Assembly: GCA_964016885.1 (NCBI GenBank)
Contig: OZ024744.1
Location: 13,950,001-14,014,000, forward strand
Source: Eledone cirrhosa
Lineage: Eukaryota
Reading direction: 5' to 3'
DNA: 64,000 bases
Made by a program: the position numbers and the translations under genes. The notes below the pieces were generated by a model that was not told the origin of the DNA, searched no databases, and saw only the letters and a list, made by a program, of their open reading frames with translations. Numbering within the stretch: the stretch's first letter is position 1; each line of letters starts with the position of its first letter. Of this stretch, positions 55,986 to 64,000 are shown piece after piece.

Positions 55986-57635
55986 GGTAAAACGTTTAAA
56001 ATTAAAAAATATATATATATATAAACAGCAATTAATGTACCCTCGTACAGGGAAAAGCAAACACCCAAACTGGAAAAAAAAATGAAAGGTCAAAAAGAAA
56101 CAGACATTCAAAACATTAGGAAATAAGAAAAATACATAAAATACATATATATATTTTTTTTTTTAATTTTGATTCAACGTCTGTCCCCTTGTGTTTCTTC
56201 AACGAGCCAGCCAAATCAAATAACCCGTGAAAAAGGGAAGAAAAAAAAATGTTTGTTTTAGAATATATCCACGTTGGATATCAACAATAGGTAGCCTGTG
56301 GCTAAAAATCCCTTAGGAAAAAAGTAAGGCATGTATATCCCCTGCGGGGCAGTAATTTTCATAAAAAAGTTTTTTTCCCTTGATCAAATATGGAACACAC
56401 ACGCAATACAAAATGTCCCTGTCCTGGCGGAAAATTACAAAACGGGGAAGGAAAGCACACCATCTTGGAAACATTTTTTTGGCTGGTTTGTATACCTTGT
56501 CAATACGGTATAAACACTTTATTATTTCTCTGTCTTTTTTTTGTATTTTCGTAAGTTGCGAAAAGGTTGGCAACGTGGTAATAACAGTGAAGTTCAACTG
56601 AATAAAAAGGCTGCGTAAAATTCTTACGTTTGCTGTTCCCTTGGCTGTTTATCGTTTCGTGGTACAGAGGCTGTTTTCTGTGGCGTGTGTTTAGTCTGCT
56701 TTCCGGTGGCTGTCTCTGTTTACCTCTGGTGTTATCAACCAGGGTGAGACAACTAGGGTTGTTCTATTATCCGACAGGGGGCGCGAGGCCTCTTACTACA
56801 AATTGTAACATCCGTATCGTCTAAATAGTGTATGTTTTGGTATATACACATCCATGTGTAGAGCAAGTAGTCAGCTCGTATCGAACTCTGTATGTGCCGT
56901 TGTGCCGTTGTCCCGTTGAGAATCTGAGTCCCCGAGTCTGTGCGTGTAAGCACCCGCCATGTAAGCCACCAAGGGGCTCCATGTAAGGTTGGGTATTTGA
57001 GTTAAGGTGTCAGTGTGTGCGTGTTACCGTCATATGGACCCTCGGGCTTTTAAGATAAGTGTTTGAGTGGGGGAGGTGTGTTACCCAACACAAAAATAAA
57101 AGTGAAATAAAATAAAATAAAATAACAAAACCCCGGGGATGTGTGTAGGTGTCATGTGCCCATTGATGGCGTGTAAGTAGTATTGTCAATTCAGCAACTG
57201 TGAGCACTCCATGGTTAGAGGATCACAGACCAAAAACCTAGTGTAGTATTCAATTGATAAGATCGTGACTAGTCATAACTGTGGGAACTCTGTGTATAAA
57301 GAAACCGGAACTGTGTGTAGAATTATGTATAAAGAGCGTAATCGTTCTTAACTGAGTGTGTAATACGTCTAACTATTTACTAACTGAGAGAACTCTATGG
57401 TTAGGGTATTCTAAAGTAATGGTGAGTGCGCGTAATCGGTCTTAACTGAGTGTGTAATTGTTCTAACTATTTACTAACTAGGTATTCTAAAGTAATGGTA
57501 AATGTGCACTCAGCTGTGAGAACTCTGTGGAAGCAAACCAAGTATCGTGTGTAAGTGCGCAAACGATCTTAGCTGTTTACTACCTGAGTGTGTGATTGTC
57601 TATGGCTAAGGTAAAAAGGGTAGAGTTAGTGGTAG

Positions 57636-58325
57636 GTTACTTTCTAAAAATCCTGAGGAAGGTTTTCGAGGTTCTCTTCTGGCAGGTGCTGAAAATGTCC
57701 GCTCTCCTATTGATTAGTAGGGGGCCGCCTCTAATTATATTAAAGGTTTCAGCTATACATAATTACAAACGCCCTTGCTGCCGTTATATGGCTGGGCTGA
57801 GCAAACTATGGTCCAGGATAAGGAGTGCTCTATATTCTGTTGTTTAAGCTTCCAGACTAATTCAGAAAGCACTGTGCTATTTTTTTTTATCTAATATATT
57901 AAAGGTATGGTGGTGATTATACCATCTATCCTTAAATTCAATGGCAGTCGCCCCAACATACCTGAACGTTCTATCTAAAGTGGAGACCTTACAGTCGTAG
58001 ACTATGTTTTTGGTGAGGCATTTCCCAACCAAGGGGCAAGCAGCGGTGTTCCTGCAATTACATTTTCTGCTACCGACCGGAGTTGTTCCTGAGGAACCAC
58101 GGTGCCTCTGGTGTCGAGTCTCACTTCTTGTCTACTCGATGGGTAAGTTCCCAGGGGGTGGGGTGACCCGACTCACCTCACGCGTATGAGTCCGTTCATG
58201 CATAGAATTGCCATTAGTTCTGCCATGCCTCATCCCGCCCTGGGCTGTTCTAAGTCTACTATAATTCATTTTAACTATATTCTGAGCTATGTTATTGGTT
58301 GTGAGGTAGGACAGCTTGATGTTGA
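57636..58325 (-). pseudogene. Degenerate Penelope-like linker plus GIY-YIG endonuclease (element D)
   Basis: Manual translation gives IKLSYLTTNNIAQNI ... KCNCRNTAACPLVGKCLTKNIVYDCKV...RYVGATAIEFKDRWYNHHHTF...LVWKLK...LSWTIV...PYNG...LLINRRADIFSTC. It contains an internal stop and a frameshift, so the ORF track mostly misses it. Confidence 0.88.
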
Positions 58326-58508
58326 GATTAGACCTGTCCAACGTCTTTTACAGCTATTGAGAGATAGAGACTTGGTAGATTTATGACCCTGACTGAAAAC
58401 GATAGCAGTTGGTGTGTTTTGGCTGCTGATTCTTCATATGGGGAACAGAACTCTAGTGAGTGAACATCGTTAGTTTTTCCTCCCTCATATCAAAGATTTG
58501 AAGAAAAT

Positions 58509-58598
58509 TCATTATTCACCTAATGAGATCAGTGATAATCGATCATGACCACACGATCGATCTATCTCTTATTAAAACATGTGTCGTGATTAAAATGA
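58509..58598 (+). ncRNA. Inactivated hammerhead copy (inverted pLTR of element D)
   Basis: Same as 51125-51214 but the core reads CTAATGA and AAAA. Confidence 0.7.
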
Positions 58599-58778
58599 TT
58601 GGAAATTTATACCATGCCTTCGGATCTTTATTTTGATACAAATACTCCGCTGTACATCATATGGCTGTTCCCATAAATGGAACTGGAGATATACAAAAGC
58701 GTGAAGAAATTAGTATTGCTAACAAAAGTTTATTGGACCGTATGACACAACCAATAATACACCTTACTATATAAAAAC

Positions 58779-59509
<731 letters not shown>

Positions 59510-59669
59510 TATGTACACGTACATACGTATATATATACAGACGTACAGTAGTATGTATATATATATACATACATGCACACATATATATATGCACGTATGG
59601 ATTCACCGAACATTTATTATAATGCTCGGTGTGTTTGTAAACAAATGAAATATCGTTTCATTTTTTCCG

Positions 59670-59703
<34 letters not shown>

Positions 59704-60068
59704 TAACAGATTAAATTTTAAGCAAAGAATCGCTGCTTTCATCCTTAACGCGATCTTCTGAAACTAAAAAATCAATTTGTGAACGCAGAACTAAATATTT
59801 CGAAAAGCGTTGCAACCTAAAAAAAAAAACAGGAAGATGATACTTTAGTTCGTGAAGACGTTAGGAATGTCGTATAACCGGAAGTGTTGACATTTGAATA
59901 TTTTAAAGAAGTGAATATTTAAATAATGTCTTTAATCTTTTAACAAAATTCAGTAGACGAAAATACCTTCACTTTTTTACTTGGAAAAAGTTACATCTAG
60001 GGTGCAAATTTGGTGGTGTCTGGTCCAGCCGTTTGGCAGGAAGTTTGTTACATACACACGGCCGTCAG

Positions 60069-60148
<80 letters not shown>

Positions 60149-60196
60149 ATTTTAGAAAATAGCATATATTTTCACTAGCTCTGACACTTGGTAGGT

Positions 60197-60258
60197 GAAC
60201 AGTGAGCTGTACTGATGAAGGGTGATACCTAGAAACATTAGTGTCTGCAGTTCTGTTT
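60197..60258 (+). ncRNA. Type I hammerhead ribozyme, canonical core, GUC site
   Basis: GAACA GT GAGCTGTA-CTGATGA-A GGGT GAT ACCT A-GAAA-CA TTAG TG-TC-TGCAGTTC TGTTT. Confidence 0.82.
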
Positions 60259-60343
60259 AGATGCCAACACAATAGCAAGAATGAGGGGCTCATTCTACTG
60301 ACATGGCTATAAAATTGAGGCTTGTTTGCATAATTTACCGCTC

Positions 60344-60391
<48 letters not shown>

Positions 60392-60595
60392 GAGCGGTAA
60401 ATGGTCGGCTTCGCCACATTCAAATAATAATTTTTTTAAATATTCATTCTACATGACTGAATACAATAAATGTAATCTGAGTTTTTCGAATATTAGTAAT
60501 AACATTCGATTCGTTTGCAATTATGCAAACAAGCCTCAATTTTATAGCCATGTCAGTAGAATGAGCCCCTCATTCTTGCTATTGTGTTGGCATGT

Positions 60596-60657
60596 AAACA
60601 GAACTGCAGACACTAATGTTTCTAGGTATCACCCTTCATCAGTACAGCTCACTGTTC
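60596..60657 (-). ncRNA. Hammerhead ribozyme, inverted copy of 60197-60258
   Basis: Reverse complement of the plus-strand motif, core intact. Confidence 0.82.
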
Positions 60658-60711
60658 ACCTACCAAGTGTCAGAGCTAGTGAAAATATATGCTATTTTCT
60701 AAAATACACAG

Positions 60712-60815
60712 TGACTGATCGGCCTGATTTGCATATTAGCAGACTGGTTGATCAGTCAAATTTGCATATTAGCAGATCCACTGATCAGTCAGATTTGCAT
60801 ATCAGCAGACTGGCC
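60712..60815. repeat. Three 33-bp tandem repeats, each containing the octamer ATTTGCAT
   Basis: ATTTGCAT at 60727, 60760 and 60793 within TGATC.G.C..ATTTGCATAT.AGCAGA. Confidence 0.85.
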
Positions 60816-60828
60816 AATCAGTTTCCTG

Positions 60829-61150
60829 TATACGAGCGGTAAAGGCCAGCTTTGCCACATTCAAATAATAATTTTTAAAAAATTTCGCTCTATATGGCTG
60901 AATACAATAAATGTGATCTGAGTTTTTCGAATATTAATAATTGTTTCTACTTTTGGCACAAGGCCATCAATTACCCAGTACTTGACTGGTACTTTATTTT
61001 ATCGAACCCGTATTATACAAACAAGCCTCATTTTTATAGCCATGTCAGTAGAATGAACCCTTCATTCTTGCTCGTGTTGGCATGTAGAGCTAAAATTAAA
61101 AAAATAATATTATTTGAATGTGGCAAAGCCGGCCATTTATTGCTCATATA
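60829..61150. mobile_element. MITE with ~40-bp terminal inverted repeats and TA flanks
   Basis: TACGAGCGGTAAAGGCCAGCTTTGCCACATTCAAATAATA ... TATTATTTGAATGTGGCAAAGCCGGCCATTTATTGCTCATA. A second left end lies at ~60389, and an internal SINE fragment at ~60940-61010. Confidence 0.7.
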
Positions 61151-61988
61151 GAGGAAACTGACTGGCCAATAACGAAGGAAGTGTGGTAAGGAACCAGATG
61201 GACAATAACGCACCAGAGTACTCAATACTTAGGGTAGTAGAGTGGGTAATAGGAAAATGTTTAACCCCGACGGCAGAGCTCAAACCGTTTCGATGGCTAT
61301 TTCTGGACTAAATTAGAATTTTTAGCGTGGTAATAAATAGCCGAACTTTTCAAGGGGTAATTCCTTATATGGGAAGATTGTAGTTGTCAAAAGGATTGGT
61401 CAAAATTTCTTGTAAACACAATTAAGTCTATCATGGCAGTGGGTAGGAGGTAGGGATGGCTGAATTTGCCTGTAGAACAATGAGGGAGTGGGTGGAGCCG
61501 GTCAAGCGTTGAAAGTGAATTCTATAAAGCAAATTCTAAGGAGTGTGTATGAAATTAGGCTAGTTAGAAAGCAGGCGAAAAAGAATTCTGGGGATATTTG
61601 AGAGTGGGACGTTATAAAGTTAAAAGGTTAATAAATTGAGATTAAAAGATAATAAATAAAAAATAATAGAAAAACTTAAATAGTAATAAATAATAAAAAA
61701 TAAAAAATCTAGAGTCTAAAGCAGCTGCTATATTTTTAGCTGGTAATGCGTTATCGGCTAATGCTATATAGAATTTACTGGAGTGGGGTACAGAGGCTAC
61801 CGAAGCCCGATGGGTTGCCTCAGGGTAGGCGAAAGAAGAAAAAAGGAAAAGGAAGAGGAGAGGGAGTGGAAGGAAGTGATAAGAAGAGATAAAGGGAAAA
61901 AAGAAAAGAAGTACATCTACCTATGTATGGTGGTGTTTCCCCTATCTTGTTTGACAAGTGGGGAAAAGAAGGATGTTGCAGTCATTGT

Positions 61989-63345
61989 CTACACACCCGG
62001 GTCATGAGGGGGTTTGAGGGCGAGGTAAGTCCTATGCAATCGGTGTTTACATGCAGATACGAGTTCGTCTTTTTTGTTTAGGAGTTGGTCCTTCGTAAAC
62101 AGCATTTGTATTGTTTCCTCCGAGCATAAGTTACACGGACGTCATCCTCCCGTGTAGGAATTAGCCCTGGAAAGTAAGCTCCAAGTAAGATTGTATGTTA
62201 TGTTGTTATATTAGAGGTCCCAGATGTGGCCCGAAACTGTAGTGGCATGTCGCCGGGCCGGGTTTCGGAACGTATGTTGGTGTTGGTAGAGCCGGGTCTT
62301 AAAGTCACAAGCGGTTAATCCTATATAGGCTTTGTTTGAGTTTTCCGCCCTCGCGTTGTATTGGTAGATCACATTACGTCCTCGGCATCTGTTATTGAGG
62401 GGGCACGCAGATCTATCAGGGCAGTTACACCTCCTGGTCGGCTCTCCACTAATGTCTAGGTTGTTTCTTCCATAGGAGTTGAGTTTCTTGTTGTTTCAGG
62501 GGGCGATGTTTTGTGCGAAGTTGGGTGTGGTGCTGTAAGAGAGTTTGATAGTGTTTTTGTTGATTATGTTGTGGTAGCGGTGTTGTGGTGGGAAGTGTTT
62601 TTAGAGGGGCCTAAAGAAGATTTCCCGATTGGTGTTGCCACCGCGGTATTGTGGGGAGGGTTAAACCACGTTACGTGGCGTGAGCGGCGGTGTCGCCTGC
62701 TGGTTCCGCTAAGGGAAGCTGGATAAAAATGGATTTCCTCCCGAAAGCCGCTTCGATTGAGGGCCTGGTTGTAATAAGGCGCATGTTCATCGAATATCTG
62801 TTCATTAGTGGACAAACGAGATTTGCGGAGGGAGATCTTTTTAACCAGGTTATTGGTGATGTTTCCAGGATGGTTAGAGCGGCGGTGGATGTAGTGAAGG
62901 TTGTCGTTTGGTTTCCTGTGTGGGTAGTACAGATCATTTTCGAGGTTGAGGGTAACGTCTAGGAAATTGATTCGGGTTAGAGACGTTTGTAAGGTGATTT
63001 TAAATCCCCAGTCCCGGAAGAAGTTGATTAGTTGTTTACGGACCCGGTCTGTACTACTGGCGTTGTACCCTTTGAGGGTAAATAGCCCATCGTCTCGGTA
63101 CAATCCACCGCCGAATGCAGGAAACATTTCGGTGAGTTTATATAGTAGGAACAATCCTTTAAGATCGGTCACCTCGGCCGAGTCGGTCGCGCCCATACTG
63201 ACGTCAAAGGAGGAGTCGGGAGCTCTCTTTATCCACTTGGAGTTGTCGAAAAGTAGGACTGTCTTCCTCGCGTGGAGAATGATGTTTCTTTCCTGGTCGG
63301 TAATGGGTGTGAGTGTTTTGACAAAGTCCAAAGTGGCCGTAAGGA
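61989..63345 (-). pseudogene. Penelope-like RT plus GIY-YIG (element E), truncated and frameshifted
   Basis: FDVSMGATDSAEVTDL, GLYRDDGL, INFLDVTLNL, VTWFNPP. Downstream: KLSYSTTPN, CNCPDRSACPLNNRC, VIYQ...AYIGLT..FKTRLYQH, CNLCSEE, LLNKKDELVSACKH, with stops. Confidence 0.93.
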
Positions 63346-63464
63346 GCGTTTTTCGAAATATTTACTTCTGCATTCACAGATTGATTTTTTTTAGTTTCAG
63401 AAAATCCCGTTAAGAGTGAAAGCAGCGATTCTTTGCTTAAACTTTAATCTGTTATTTTAATATA

Positions 63465-64000
63465 TATATATAATTATATATTCGTGTACAGATATTTTTA
63501 CATACACAAAAACAAAATATAAACAAACGTATTTATTTCACGAAAGCACAGACGGCTTATCGTCATTGTTACCGCCGATATGCCACCCAAAATGTCCCAC
63601 TACTTTTGGCACATGGCCAGCAATTACATAGTCAACGGTTCGGAAATCACATGCATCACTGACGAGCTTACTCCTTACTCTACCAGTTAGTCTTAGTGTA
63701 CTTCGTCCTGCTTTTAGGTCATACCTTGATGGAAAAGATACTCCATTGGCCGAAAAAGAACAAGGCGGGCAAATGAATCGTCAGTGGAATCTGCTATTCG
63801 ACGGTCGCAAGATGCCACCAAAAGAGCACGTGAAACAGACAACCAGCGAACCATTCGCCGAACCGTGTCAGCTTTGCAATGTCTATCAACAAATCCCAGG
63901 GTCAGACTCTAGCTGTTGCTGGTCTTCTTTTGGAAGAGTCATGTTTTTCACACGGGCAACTATACGTTGGCTGCTCAAGAGTGGGAAGCAAGACAAATCT
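63465..64000 (+). mobile_element. Helitron-derived sequence with Pif1-like helicase C-terminal motifs (runs off the window)
   Basis: RVSFAMSINKSQGQTLAVAGLLLEESCFSHGQLYVGCSRVG at ~63863-63985. The first ~135 bp is an inverted homolog of 50940-51075. Confidence 0.8.

Larger units (their letters stand above)
51646..56800 (-). mobile_element. Gypsy/Ty3 LTR retrotransposon, CsRn1-like, defective
   Basis: 3' LTR 51646-52110 (TGTGGTAA...TTACTACA); 5' LTR remnant ~56627-56800; AATT duplicated at 51642-51645 and 56801-56804; gag-pol between. Confidence 0.93.
60144..60710. repeat. ~190-bp inverted repeat pair centred near a (TA)n tract
   Basis: 60144-60335 is the near-perfect reverse complement of 60519-60710. 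Confidence 0.92.
59696..63461 (-). mobile_element. Penelope-like element E, 5'-truncated, inverted pseudo-LTR, with nested insertions
   Basis: RT at 62564-63345, degenerate endonuclease to ~61990. Inverted termini 59696-59812 and 63346-63461 share diagnostic variants (CTAAAAAA.TCAA, TAAATATTTCGAAA) that the 59006 copy lacks. Confidence 0.82.

Noticed and set aside
60303-60842. 179-aa ORF as a host gene
   Set aside because: It is built from (TA)n, MITE sequence, the antisense ribozyme arm and 33-bp repeats, with no domain signal.
62135-62150. In-frame TGA as selenocysteine in a Naiad endonuclease
   Set aside because: The element also has a frameshift and a TAA stop, the codon is not at a conserved Cys position, CGA-to-TGA decay explains it, and I identified no SECIS.

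Overview
Eukaryotic repetitive DNA with no supportable host gene. The SINE family, the dense (TA)n/(CA)n tracts and the retroelement types suggest an invertebrate, plausibly an octopus, but this is inference. Bases 1-37195 are a ~417-copy array of an 89-bp satellite, with 93-bp variants and 7.4-8.1-kb higher-order duplications. The monomer translates as a piece of the C-terminus of an RTE/Rex3-like LINE protein. The array runs in frame into the rest of that LINE's 3' end and its (GAA)n tail, so the satellite appears to have arisen inside a retrotransposon. Bases 37.2-64 kb are a nest of mobile elements separated by microsatellites: five Penelope-like (Naiad-type RT/GIY-YIG) copies plus one non-coding derivative, several with an inverted 5' pseudo-LTR; a defective CsRn1-type Gypsy LTR element (AATT target duplication) inside one of them; Helitron fragments; SINEs; and a MITE. 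Folding by eye gives six distinct type I hammerhead ribozyme families (13 motifs), several with non-canonical features. Most ORFs in the supplied track are microsatellite artefacts. All folds and family calls were made by eye, without database searches.
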